Shown one piece after another: positions 12,108 to 26,039 of a stretch of 64,000 bases of DNA (position 1 is the stretch's first letter; each line of letters begins with the position of its first letter). The stretch lies in the NCBI RefSeq assembly GCF_035084215.1, contig NW_027139442.1, forward strand, positions 2,232,001 through 2,296,000, read 5' to 3'. This DNA is from Heptranchias perlo (Eukaryota). The notes beneath the pieces are model-generated. The model was not told the DNA's origin. It made no database searches and saw only the letters and a list, made by a program, of their open reading frames with translations. The position numbers were made by a program, and so were the translations under genes.

Positions 12108-12123
12108 GGCTCTTTTAAGAGCC
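12108..12123 (+). ncRNA. Histone 3' stem-loop (SLBP site) of H2B
   Basis: GGCTCTTTTAAGAGCC-ACCCA followed by HDE-like gaaagtgctg. Confidence 0.97.
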
Positions 12124-12771
12124 ACCCACAACCTCTCTGAAAGTGCTGCATTTCTTATATATTTTCTTAGTATCTTTTTAATACCGCGATATTGTTCCAA
12201 TCCAATACTGATACTGTAACTACGCCATTGAAATTTCTGACACATGAACTGAACGCGAGTTTATGATCCGCTCCTTCCCATTCGCTTTGTTCTAAAAGCG
12301 TTATTATTCCAGCCACGAACACACCCTGAATGACCACCTTAGCAGTGCTATTATCTCTTTGAATTCAGTCTCCGAAATGTTTACCAACTGATGTGAAAAT
12401 CCCCATATTAACAGCAACCACACCCCTTGCAGTAAAACAGCGGAGTAGGGGCAGAATGAGAACTCCGTCCGGGTCCCTCTTTTCACAGAAGCACACCCGG
12501 CTCTGTGAGAAGGGACCAATCTATAACGTGTCACTTTTATAAAGATTAAATTGAAATGTGTCCCTTCACGGAATGCTGTGAATGGGGATTTAGTCCAGTC
12601 CGATACTGTTTGAAAGCGATGACAGAATGAGCTATAATTTAAAGCAGGTTTTAAAATAGCGCCAGCGATTGGTGACGTGTAGCGCTGAATAAGACAAGGT
12701 AAAAAGAACGGGTTTAAAATCTTGTGCTCAGGGCGACATTGATCTAAATCCGGTGGTTTACTGGACTGAAA

Positions 12772-12880
12772 TTGGCGGGCTTTTTGAAATTCATAAAATT
12801 CCTGGTCTGACCGTTGAGGCCGATAAATCTCGCCCTCTTCTGTTTCTCAGCTATCTGATTGGTTAATGAAATATGCAAAT
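12772..12880 (+). promoter_or_regulatory. H2A promoter with CDE/CHR-like element, CCAAT and octamer
   Basis: TGGCGG-gctt-TTTGAA 12773-12788; attgg near 12858; ATGCAAAT 12873-12880. Confidence 0.65.
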
Positions 12881-12926
12881 GAGGTGTATTAGAGAACAAC
12901 AAATCAGATGATCTTTCAGTCCATAA

Positions 12927-13376
<450 letters not shown>

Positions 13377-13406
13377 AGCGGCCAAGAATTAATCTGATAA
13401 CACAAA

Positions 13407-13422
13407 GGCTCTTTTCAGAGCC
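13407..13422 (+). ncRNA. Histone 3' stem-loop of H2A
   Basis: GGCTCTTTTCAGAGCC-ACCCA, HDE gaaagggctg. Confidence 0.97.
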
Positions 13423-14681
13423 ACCCACTGTATCTATGAAAGGGCTGGATACTGTTTGAACGGAGTCAGAAATTAATTTAATAATAAACAATCTGTTTCA
13501 GATCTGGTGATTTCACGTTCCTTGATTCCGATTCTGGATCTAACTGCCTCCCGTTAGTTCCAAACTAACGATCGCTTGTTAAATACAAATGATCTGTTTC
13601 AGTACTCGCCAACCTCCAATAGGTTGAAATATACAGATTGTATGGAAAATGAGACAAATAATCAGTTCATTAAACTGGGCGGGTGGGATACAGAAATAAC
13701 TGGTGAGTTTGATCATCGGCAACAAGAGGCACTCTATTGTGTTCGAGCAATTATTTTAAGTGTTATTTACAGTCTCATCCTCCCACAACACTTACTCGGT
13801 CTGACTTCCATTACCCAGAAGGTGACGGATGTGTTGATTATTGTGTCAGCGATTGCTGAATCAATGATTGAAATCTGTCTGTTACTAGATGAGAGTGAGA
13901 GATTTATTCTGTCCCTGTCAGTCTGACGAGTACCGCAGTGAATGTGACACTAAGTTTCACACTGCTTCTGATTCTAGCGCTGAAAGAAAACACTTTGGTT
14001 CTATTATTGCGAGTTACAGTGAAACAGCCTCTGTCACTACAGCTGGAGAGGGACAATAGTCAAACTCCATTTGATCCGAGACTGGTTCTTTAGAGATTAA
14101 AGTATTTCCAACAGAGCCAAGCTGACACTATATCGGAAATGAGAACTTGCATCTCTTGTACTTTGGACGCTGCACGATCCTCTCCCTGTATATATGTCCG
14201 AGTTAGATTGACACTGGGGGTGCAGATACCTGATGTGAAAGAGTAGGATCGAATTCAGCCGTTTCTGTACCTGTTTACCAGTAATTTCACTGTCCAAATG
14301 TGGCACTGGATGTGATGATGGGACTCAGTCTGCGCAGTGAGTGGAATTCACCTCCCTCCAATCCTGGGTGTGATGTGTGGAAATTAAACTGTGTCGTTTT
14401 CAAATACCTGCTGTTGGTTAGTCTGGAATTGTCACCCTTGTCTGTTTGTGTATGTTTAACACTGCTACTGTACCTGCCCAGAACTTCACAGATCAGCTCT
14501 ACTCCGAACTATCTCCCATGTTATAACCGGCTATGATATGGACAGTTTATAAATGCTAGTCGTGCCCCGCTTGACATCCGCTACTTCCCTTCATGAATTT
14601 CCCGTGTAATTATTTTTTAAATCTGCACTGTCGCACCATTTCAACCCAGGAGATCACAGCTCTTTCCATCGCCGATTTGGT

Positions 14682-14697
14682 GGCTCTGAAAAGAGCC
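14682..14697 (-). ncRNA. Histone 3' stem-loop of H3
   Basis: Reverse complement GGCTCTTTTCAGAGCC; HDE GGAAAGAGCTG at 14657-14667. Confidence 0.97.
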
Positions 14698-14730
14698 TTT
14701 GTTGCACTTGGTGCTGAAGCCGGGTCGGGT

Positions 14731-15153
<423 letters not shown>

Positions 15154-15204
15154 TCACAAAACAACCTGAGACACACAGACTGTTAATACGGAGTGCTCTC
15201 TGGG

Positions 15205-15600
15205 GCCGCCTTTTAAATGGTCTAAGGGAATCCGCCCCTGGCCTGCGATTGGCTGAAGTCCCACATCCTGTCAGGGATGGACAGCCCCGGGCCTGTGATT
15301 GGCTGGTTTGAACCGAGCTTTCACAGTCAGACCGAAACGGTGGGAGGTATTGGGCCCCCTTGGCTGAGCTGAAATCAATCATCAATTTCAAAAAGCCCGC
15401 CAATTTCAGAGCATCAAATAACAGTTTCAAGAAAATCTAATTTCCCTCCAGCAATTTAAAAATCCCACTGTTTATAATCTCCATTATTTCCCACTCCTCA
15501 GCTCAAATCTCAGGCTGTTTCACATTCCGGTTCATTCTCTGATCTGTCTGCAAACGGGACAAAGTCAGCTTCAATTTCAAAAATCCCGCCAGTTCCGGCC
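15205..15600 (-). promoter_or_regulatory. H3 promoter: TATA-like, two CCAAT boxes, two CDE/CHR-like elements
   Basis: TTTAAAA near 15211; CCAAT 15248-15252 and 15298-15302; TGGCGG-N4-TTTGAA at 15387-15402 and 15576-15591. Confidence 0.65.
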
Positions 15601-15948
15601 CGGTGAACCGGTCCTCACATCGAACTGATAATTGAATGAGGGCAGGAAATAAACACCGAGCAGAGAGGACACAGCGGGAGAGGGAGTGAGGAGGGATTTT
15701 ACTCCGCACGGAGAATGTAATATCTGGGGAAAGACTCTGTATCACCGCCTGTACATTTATACCGTGAAATCGGGAATTCCGCTCCTTCTCTCGGGATGGC
15801 CGAGAACCCCGGCCGTTGTTTCTGATCTCCCTGTACCGAGTGTTGGGGAATCTCCCCATACTAATTAAATATCGGAAACTGCTTCCCCACCCCGAGATCT
15901 TTCCTCTCCCCGTTCCCAGGTCAGTGCTCTCTCTGTGAGGCGGTGGGT

Positions 15949-15964
15949 GGCTCTTAGAAGAGCC
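15949..15964 (-). ncRNA. Histone 3' stem-loop of H4
   Basis: Reverse complement GGCTCTTCTAAGAGCC-ACCCA. Confidence 0.97.
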
Positions 15965-15999
15965 TTTGTTTTGTGTCCGGTTAGAAAGGGTCGAGTTGT

Positions 16000-16320
<321 letters not shown>

Positions 16321-16419
16321 TCACTCAGATCGCTGCTGAATGAACAGCTAACTTATAATGCTTCTATTTTTATGCATCCTACCCCGACCTGACTGAAACA
16401 TGCACAGGGTGAGAGAGGG

Positions 16420-16500
16420 AGGGGAGGAGACAGAGTGAAATATTAAACAGAGAGGGGAGGAGACAGAGTGAGATATTAAACAGAGAGGGGAGGAGAGAGT
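16420..16500. repeat. 33-bp purine-rich tandem repeat (~2.5 units) upstream of H4
   Basis: aggggaggagacagagtga(a/g)atattaaacagag at 16420 and 16453, partial at 16486. Confidence 0.8.
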
Positions 16501-17159
16501 CAGAATGATGGACAGAGGGTTAGAGCGGCCTCTGATCTTCCAGCTCCACCTCCAGCTTTCTCCACCCGCCAATTTCAAACCGTTTTTCGATAATAGAACC
16601 GAAACACAACGCTCCGCACAAACCCTTACAGACTCGGGCTTCATATTCAAGGATTCCCAGAAACCCGCAGCTTTTAAATAAGCCACGTTACAATTAACAG
16701 TCAGTAATATTCCTCCCTTCTCTTACAAGTCAACCCGCCTCCTCCCATTTCAGTCCTAGACCCGATTCTATCTCCCCACACATCCCCTCCCAGACGGGTT
16801 CAGCAGTTTACAAACACTTTATTCCAGCTGATTTGAAGAATCTCATGTGTTCAGGTTTGAATTGTGATAGCGGCGGATCTCCGCCAGTTTTACCCTGTCA
16901 CGGACTCTCGCCCTGAATCTGTGAGAAAAAATGAACTGAGACTGGAGCCGAACACACGCCGGTTACAGTGAGGCCCGGCCCGGACATCCCATTCTCTCTA
17001 TTTTATTTTAGACAGTGGGGGAGGGGCGGGGGGAGCGAATATAAGCCAGTCACCAGGACCCTGGGTCCATTTGGAATGATTTCTATCTGAAATCTGAGCC
17101 CGGCCCCGGGACAGGAATCATCTGATTCCCGGATCAGCTCTTTTCTGAGAGACGTGGGT

Positions 17160-17175
17160 GGCTCTGAGAAGAGCC
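17160..17175 (-). ncRNA. Histone 3' stem-loop of H1
   Basis: Reverse complement GGCTCTTCTCAGAGCC-ACCCA; HDE GAAAAGAGCTG near 17135-17145. Confidence 0.97.
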
Positions 17176-17211
17176 GTTGGGTTCAGATGGTCAAAAGTTG
17201 CACTTGATTTT

Positions 17212-17841
17212 TTACTTCTTTTTGCCCGCTGCTTTCTTCGGCTTTGCTGACTTCGGTTTGGGCTTGGCCCTCGGTTTTTCCACCTTCTTCGCCTTCGCCT
17301 TCAATGGTTTGGGGGTCTTGGGCTTCTTCGCCGCCGCTTTTTTCTTAATTGGTGATTTCGCCGCCTTTTTCGTGGTCGATTTCTTGGCGGCTGTTTTCTT
17401 GGCGGTTAATTTCTTGGCCGTTAATTTCTTGAGGGCTGTTTTTTTGGCCGCTGGTTTCTTTCCTGGAGATTTCTTGGTCACTTGTTTCTTCACCTTCTTT
17501 ACCACTTTTGCCTGGGTTTCCTTCTTAGCGACTCTGAAGGAGCCCGAGGCGCCCGTGCCCTTGATCTGCACCAGGGAGCCTTTTTCCACATTTCTCTTGA
17601 TACTTAATTTGATCTGGGACCTGTGCTTCTCCACATCCAGGCCTTTGGTAGCCAGAACCTTCTTTATCGCGGCCAGGGATATCCCCTTGCGATCCTTGCA
17701 ATTCGCCGCAATCTTGAGGATCTGTTCGCCCAACGGGGGACCGGCTGTCTTGTGTCGGGGAATCGCCTTCTTCTTCGGAGCATTGGTTTGAGCGGCGGCG
17801 GCGGCAGAAGGTGCCTTTTCGGCGGCTGCAGTGTCTGTCAT
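17212..17841 (-). CDS. H1: Linker histone H1, 209 aa
   Basis: Winged-helix domain ending LVQIKGTGASGSFR; Lys/Ala-rich tail with S/TPxK motifs; stem-loop; promoter GC box (17941) and H1 box AAACACA (17986-17992). Confidence 0.97.
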   Translation of the reverse strand: MTDTAAAEKAPSAAAAAQTNAPKKKAIPRHKTAGPPLGEQILKIAANCKDRKGISLAAIKKVLATKGLDVEKHRSQIKLSIKRNVEKGSLVQIKGTGASGSFRVAKKETQAKVVKKVKKQVTKKSPGKKPAAKKTALKKLTAKKLTAKKTAAKKSTTKKAAKSPIKKKAAAKKPKTPKPLKAKAKKVEKPRAKPKPKSAKPKKAAGKKK

Positions 17842-19704
17842 GTCCGGGACTCAGTCGAAAATCTCTCTGACAGTCAGAGCTGGGTCAGAAATGAAACGAG
17901 AGGCGGCGGCACAGAGCAACTTAAAGGCACAGAGCGGACGGGGCGGAGACATCCTGCTGTCAGCTCCAGGCCCCTCCAGCCTCTCTGTGTTTCTCTCCCC
18001 TCTTAAACTTCCCGATTCCAATTAAAATCAGGCATTCCAGAGTCCCAGACTAGCCCCTTCCTATCTCTAACACCGGAATGTTTGCTGTCGTAAAACTTTC
18101 ACCCGAATTAAAAGCACCAATTTCGATATAAACCCGTTTCATTGATGCACTGATCGCGCTCTCTCACCCGATCGCTGACATGATCTCGGTTTTTCGGCTA
18201 AATCTTGAATTGAACTAAAACTTATCCTTAAATTTCCACTTCGGAACTCGGCAGGCGAGGAGGGCGATCGCTTAACGGTGATTTTTTTTGAAGTTAACTC
18301 AAAAGGGTCTCGGAAATCCGGCGATGAGACCGGCCACACAAACACAGTGACATTAATCTAACCCGTCCGCCCCTTGAACACACTCTCTCTGACACAACGT
18401 TCACATCTTCACATTCACAGGACAAACTGGTCGCCAGATTGACAATTCCCGAGACAGGCTTTCCTCCCCGCTCGGCCTGTGCTGCCGATTCTCGGGGGTT
18501 AGTTGCAGTTTCCCAGCTCAGTATCTGTTAAACACTCTGTGGCCGGCGCTCCTCACAATGTCTGGTCCCCAGATTCAGGGGCAGGAGCCAATCACAGCTG
18601 TGGATGTGATAATTCACATCTGGTTTTACATTATTAGATTGTTCGCACACAGGGATATGTGTGGTTTTGACGATAATAATAATTTTCCGCTCTTGGCTCC
18701 TCCAGTCTCTCTGTGTTTCTCTCTCCTCCTAAACTGACTGACAGACAATAGTAACTAATGTCCGATCCATCCCATTCTCAACACCCAGAGACGGCTCGTT
18801 ACTGAATAAATTCAACACTCAAAGGCAGTCCAGTTACAGGCTGTTTCTCTCCATCTTTCTTTACAGGATTGGAGACAGTTAAGTGCACCGTCAGACCGGC
18901 TCATAAAGGACAGAGACGGTTTGAACAACACCACACAGACACAGAATCAGTCTTTCATTTTTTTTCAGTGTGTCCATATTACGCTCAGTAACAGTATCCC
19001 GCCTTCATGTACAGAACTAGAGAGAGAGAAAGACAGACAGAGACACACAGGCAGACAGGCATAGTATCCGTCTCACACTTCTCATCGGTGTGTCAGTTTC
19101 ACACATCAGAAACAGTATCCCACCTTCACGGACAGCGCTCGAGAGAGAGTGATACAGAGAGAGACACAGACAGACACAGTATCAGTCTCACACTTCCCAT
19201 CATTGTGTCCGTTTCACAAACAATAAACAGCATCACACCTTCACGTACAGCGCTAGAGAGAGAGATGCAGACAGGCACAGTATCAGCCTTACGGTTCCTT
19301 TCAGTGTGTCTGTACCACGCTCAAGATCAGTATCCCACCTCCATTTACAGTACAAAAGAGAGAAAGAGAAACTGACCTGTAATTGCCTGTTTTCATCCAA
19401 TAACAAATCAGGAGATATTCCATTCCAATTGCTAACCAAAGTGGAGTGACAGAAGTTGCAGTCTCATTTCTCACTGATATTATTTCGGAGACAGACACAT
19501 TATTCATCCCTCTCTCGGGGACAGAGTCACACATTTAACCCTCTCTTCCATTTTGTACCCTCAGCAATCTTGCAGCTCAGTATTACTCTCAGCAGCCGAG
19601 AGTTTCACTCCGATTAAAATAAACTGGGACTGTTGCCGTTAGATATTATTCCTACACGGTCCCAGCAAATACACCGACTCCCACTTTCCTCCTATATTTT
19701 TCCA

Positions 19705-19892
19705 TGATGTGGAGATGCCGGTGATGGACTGGGGTTGACAATTGTAAATAATTTTACAACACCAAGTTATAGTCCAGCAATTTTATTTTAAATATGTTAC
19801 ATTTGCCTGAGGAAGGAGAAAATCTCCGAAAGCTTGTGAATTTAAAATAAAATTGCTGGACTATAACTTGGTGTTGTAAAATTGTTTACAAT
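19705..19892. mobile_element. Second, shorter palindromic PLE derivative with a 12-bp TSD
   Basis: tatatttttcca is duplicated at 19693-19704 and 19893-19904. Same tail (tggagatgccggtgatggactggggttgacaa) and inverted ~50-bp arms. Paralogous sites near 5800 and 40990 are empty. Confidence 0.85.
19801..19841 (+). ncRNA. Minimal hammerhead ribozyme (variant)
   Basis: atttgc-CTGAGGA-a-ggaga aaa tctcc-GAAA-gc-tt-gtgaat; helix II covaries relative to 3069-3109. Confidence 0.75.
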
Positions 19893-20287
19893 TATATTTT
19901 TCCAGGAATGGTTTGAGGAATCCTCCCTCCTGTTTCGGAGTTACACGATCTATTATCAGTGCAGAGTCCAAGAATGAACAGAACCCATTGGCTCATTCCA
20001 CAGCCGTCCACTTTATCTCTGAAAGACTCTTTACCATCAAAAGATACCGAGAAAAACAGCAGGGATGGAAACATCTAGTTTAATAGTCAGAGATTGTAAA
20101 GTCAGTCTGGATTCCAGCGTTAGGCACAGGTGGAATCCCATCTGTTTTCCATTCTGGTGCCTTTTCCTGCACTGCCTGAGGACCCCATTCCCTCTGACCT
20201 TTCCCCCAGACCCACTTCCTTTGCTCAGACTCTGAAAAATTCCAATTGGGGAAAGTTTCCATCGATTTTTGTATTGGGAATTAAAAC

Positions 20288-20555
20288 AGATATCTGCGCA
20301 TGCGTGACTCAGCCCCGCCCCCATAGCTGATAATTGGTGAGCAGAAGAGCGCATGCGCGATCCCCTCCCCCAGCTCGGCCTGTGGGCGACATTCCCTCAG
20401 TGAGCGGAAGAAGATGGTTTAAAACAGCCGGGAATGGAGAGATCACGGCCCCCGGGGGAAGGGAGCAAAGAGCAGCCTCGTTACAGCAGCTCATCGCTTC
20501 GGGACCGTGTCCGCAGATGGGCTCAGAGATCGGCATTGAGTCCGGGGGAAGGGCA
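20288..20555 (+). promoter_or_regulatory. CpG-island promoter/first exon, cassette copy 2
   Basis: Near-identical to 6190-6460. Confidence 0.6.
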
Positions 20556-21849
20556 GGGGGAGTCCGGGGACTGTTTTGTAAGAGGCGGAGTGGATCAGGA
20601 ACTGGTCCCGGAACATGGAGTGAGAGGGGGAAGGGAGAGGTCATTCTCGGGCTGTGTTTGTGCAGGATGTGTCCAGGGTAAGGGAGACAGAATGGGAAGA
20701 AACTGCTATTTAAAATCATTGCTGCTTTCTCTCCCCAAACCAGTAGTGAATGGTCCTGGTTTCGTTCCAGTCTCACCCTGTTTATTGTTATTGGACAGTG
20801 AAGAGTGGAACCAGAGCCGGACAGTGAGGATGTGGGGAGTTATACAAAGAGCGTCTGTTGCAGTCACCAGGTGAGAAGTGTGAAGGACACAATTTAAACA
20901 ACGGCTGTTTGCTTTCGGTTGAATGTTTCGTCCTCTGGGAGAGGGGATTAGAAACCTGACGTGTGCATAGGTCCCCGCCCCATCGGGTCGTCCCATTCAT
21001 GGATCAGTGCAGAGGTTGGGTTGTGTCTGGATGTCACTAAATTGTTCTAAAACAGCCCAACACACCTGGTATGCAGAAGCTGAGTGCTTCATTACTGCAG
21101 TGGATTCAGACACTGACACTGTTTGTATGGCTGGTTTTCATAATGATCATTAACAGAGAGATTAAACTGATCACCTTTGTATTATCTTCCTCTCTGGTTC
21201 TGGAGTTACAACAGTTACTTTTTCTTCCAACAGGCAAATAATTGAAGGGCCAAGAATAAATGTGATGTTTCCTCCACCCGAGGCACAAGGAACAGTGCAG
21301 CCAGCTCCTTCTCACACACGGTAGGTACATTATCACTCACAGAGCACAGAGACACAGACAGGTCATCAGTTCCACAGTCACAGGCATCACAATTATTCAG
21401 TCTCAGACTGATCCCAAGATTCGGAGACACATTTTCAATCCAAGAGGGAAACAGAGCAGTTGAGGCAGACGCTTTTTCCATTTCGCCCTAACTCAGTATC
21501 TACTAGTATCTACCCGAAAAGGTAGATACAAAAAACCCAGTCCAAAGTCACGCTTTCAGATTGTCAATCTCACAGTAGAGGAACATTAGCTACGAATTAA
21601 ATATCAGACAGAAATCACACATGAAATCCAATGGAAAGGTACAGAATGAATCCCAATAATGTACCCCGAGATTCAAATTGAATACTGGCCCAGAATTCTC
21701 ACACACGTATGAGTTTAATACATGTAGTTTCGATTCGAATAGTGCATCATGAGATATAAATTGCATACCAGTCCAAAACTCTCAGACAAACAATTGGATT
21801 GAGAAATGCTGTGACAGCATAACATGAGAAACAAATTAGATACCAGTTT

Positions 21850-23052
21850 ATAATACACTCATTTTGAGATTTAAAGATACAGTTTCAATTCTATTAGCAC
21901 CGACTGAATTACACATTACATACCAGTCCAAACATATCACCACATCAGTTTGAAAGATACATTATCATTCAAATTTGTGTTCACAGAGATACCAATTTAA
22001 TCATAGTCCAAAAAGCGCACAAATTATCTGATTGAAATCTTCCAGCATCAAATCCTAAAGTGTATCCATATTTTCCATTTAAATAATGACAAAAACTATT
22101 TAAACATTAAGATATTAAAGCTACAGCATTGAATGCAATAATATAATCTGAGAGAAAATTATAGGCAGATACAGAATGAATCTCACACTCACATAACGTA
22201 CCAGAGACTGACAGATGCAGAAGGAATCCCAATCTCTCACACAGTACCAAAGACTGACAGATACAGAATGAATCCCACACTCACATACAGTGACAAGGAC
22301 TGACAGATACCGAGTTCATCCCACACACTCATAAAGCGCAAGAGACTTACAGATAAAGTATGAATCCCACACTCATACAAGCGACCTGATACTGAGATTC
22401 AGAATGAATCCCAAACTAACATACAGTATGAGAAACTGAATATATGGAAATAAATCAACACACACGCACAGTACCAGCGAAGGTGTATACAGAATGAAAC
22501 CCACACTCGCAGACAGTACCAGGAACTGACAGGAACAGACTGAATCTCACTCACACACAGTAACAGAGACTGACATATACAGAATGAATCCCACACTCAC
22601 ACACAGTACCAGAGACTGGCAGGAACAGACTGAATCTCACTCACACACAGTAACAGAGACTGACATATACAGAATGAATCCCACACTCACATACAATACC
22701 AGAGATTGACAGATACCGAATGAAACCCACACTCACAGACAATACCAGAGACGAACATATACAGAATGAAACCCACACTCACAGACAGTACCAGAGACTG
22801 GCAGGAACATAATGAATTCCACACTCACACACAGTACCTTGGACATACATATACAGAATGAATCCCACACTCACACACATTACCAGGATTTGAGAAATAC
22901 GGAAGGAATCCCACAATCACGCAGTGCCAGAGACTGACAGATACACAATGAAGCACACACACACACACACACAGTACCAGAGAGTGACCCAAGGTACAGA
23001 ATGAATTCTACATTCACACACAGTACCAGGGAATGACAGATACAGAATGAAT

Positions 23053-23087
<35 letters not shown>

Positions 23088-24300
23088 AGTACCACCGATT
23101 GACAGATACAGAATGAATCTCACAGTCATGTTACTGCAGACTGAGTTGCACATCACATACCAATCCAAAAATCTCAGTGTCAGATTGAAAGATCTGGTGC
23201 AGACTGAGTTACATATTATATACATTGCTAAATATTCATACAGTATTATAATGAAAAATACAGTATCAATACCATTGGTACAGACGGAGCTACACATTAC
23301 ATACCAGTCGAAAAATCTCATACAATGTTAGACTGAAAGATACAGTAGCAATTTCATTAGTGCAGACTGAGCCACACAATATAGAGCAGTCCACGAATCT
23401 ATTACCATATCAGACTCAAAGATATAATATCAATTCCATTAGCACAGACTGAGCTACATGTTACATACGAGTCCAAAAATCTGATGCAGTATCACATTGA
23501 AAGATTCAGTATCACTTCCATTAGTGCAGACTGAGCTACACCTCACATTCCAGTCCAAAAATCTCATACAATATCAGACTGATGGATACAGTATCAATTC
23601 CTTTATTCCAGGATGAGCTACATATTACTCACCAGTCCAAAAATATCATACAGTGTTAGACTCAAATACAGGCTTAATCCCATTATTGCAGAATGAGCTA
23701 CACATTACATACCAGTCCAGTAATTTCACCATGAACAGAATGAAAGGTACATTATCATTCACAATAGAGTTCAGAGATTAAGATGTAATCCCACTCCAAA
23801 ACTCATAAACGTTGTTTGATTAAAGAAAATCGAAAAGTGTATCCATATTTACAAATTAAATACTCGACAAAGAACTGTATATGATTTAAAGTATTAAAGT
23901 TACAGTTTCAAATACGATACTGTAAACTGAAATAAGAATACAGAATGAATCCAGACTTGTACATTGTTTCAGAGACTGAATTACAGAATGAATCCCACAC
24001 TGAGATAAAGTTGCAGAGAATGGCAGATACAGAATGTATCCCACACTCACAGAAAGCACCAGAGACTGACAGATACTGAATGTATCCCACACTCACATAC
24101 AGCACCAGAGACTGACAGATAGAGAATGAATCCATCACTTATATACAGTACCTGAGACTGACAGATGCAGAATATACCCCATGCTCACACTCAGTACTTG
24201 AGACTGATAGATACAAAATGAATCCCAAACTCACGCACAGTACCAGAGACGGACAGATACAGAATAAACACCACTCTCACATACAATACCAGAGACTGAC
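21850..24300. repeat. Compound 46-bp/82-bp satellite, cassette copy 2, including (CA)n at ~23053-23085
   Basis: Same units as 7700-10800. Confidence 0.9.
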
Positions 24301-26039
24301 CTCTACTGGACGTAAGCGAGAACTGTAAAAGAGAGGAACAAATTCACATGATCTGTCGTTACAGAAACAGTACAATCTGCAATGTGAGGAAAGTTTCTGT
24401 CTGTAACTTCTATCTCGTATTTTTGCGCATTTTGACAGTGAAAAATGAAGACAATTCATTCATAATAAAGTTTTTGTTTTACTCATTCGATAGTTGTGAT
24501 TTTGCCCCATTATATTTCACTGTACATTGCGCAGTATTTCTCTCTGATTTCTCAGGACACGATTTACATTGCTCCTCTACCCCATTTAGATTCTTATTTT
24601 CCAAGCAGTACGTGGCCTCCTTATTCCCCCTGGCAAAATGTAGCACCTCACACTTTTCTATATTGAAATTGAATGGACATTTGCACGGCCGTTCAGCAAG
24701 CTGATTTTGTCACAGTCATCCTCAGTATAGACAATACTCCCGAAATTTAACACAGCATTACAAGTAGTGTTTGATCCAACAAAATGTACTTGTAGCTCGT
24801 CTCCATTCCAGTTTTTCTAAATCCCACTCGTGCAATATAATGTGAAGAATGAGTTTATCTTCTGTCCCTCTCTCTTCCATAAACTTCAATGACCCGGGGT
24901 TTGGGGACATCTACTGGCCGGATGCAGAACTGCAACAGTTCGGAACAAATTGCTGAAACCGGACAATGTGCAGTGTGAGCGTGTTTTTGATTGGTGGCAG
25001 GATTCAAATCTGATTTTTTTTAACCTGCCCATTAACCTTTATTGTTTGTTATTGAAAAGCAAATAGTGCCGGAAAGTAAGGATATGGGGAGTTAGACAGA
25101 GAGCATCCATTGGAGGCATCAGGTGAAAAGTGTGACGGACACATTTTAAACAGCGGCTGTTATGTTTCGGTTGAACGGATAGTCCCATGGGAGAGGCGAT
25201 TAGAAAGCTGACCTGTACAAAGGTCCCTGCCCCATCGGGTAGTCCCATTCATGGATCAGTGCAGGGGTTGGGTTGTGTCTAGATTTCAATAAATTGTTGT
25301 AAAATAACCCAATACCCCTGGTGTGCAGAAGCTGAGTGCTGCAGTGCAGTCAGACACTGACACTGTTTGTATCGCTGGTTTTCATTTGTGGATATTACAA
25401 TGATTACTAACAGAGATTCAATTGATCACTTTTGTATTTTCTACCTCACCTGTTCTTGAGTTACAAGAGATACTTTCTCTTTCTACAGTCAAATCCTTGA
25501 AAGACCCAGAATCAGTGTGATGTTACCTCCACCCGAGGCACAAGGAACAGTGCAGCCAGCTCTTTCTCACACACAGTATGTACATTATCAAAAACAAAGC
25601 ACAGAGACACAGACAAGTCATCAGACCCACAGTCTCAGACAGCAGAAATAGTCAATCCCACACTGATCCCAATCCAACAGTCAAACAGAGCAGGAGAGAC
25701 AGACGGAATTTCCATTTCACAACAACTCAGTACCGCTGACCGAAGTTAATTAATTCCCAGTCCAAAATCACACCCACTATCAGATTGAAAGGCACTGTGT
25801 TAATCTCACATTAGTTCAGCCTTAGCTACAAATTAAATACCCGATAGAACTGACACATGGTACCGATTGTTATGTACAGAATGAATCCCAATAGTGTACC
25901 CCAAGATTCAAATTAAATACCAGCCCACAACTCACACACATTATGAGTTTAAAGATGCAGTATTCATGCCAATAGTGTACACTGAGATACAAATTAGATA
26001 GCAGTTCAGATGTTACCCATGTTTGACTCACATATTTGT

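Noticed and set aside
14652-14667. gatcacagctctttcc resembling the 5' end of U7 snRNA (also 17133-17145)
   Set aside because: It is the reverse complement of the histone downstream element; no Sm site or 3' hairpin follows.
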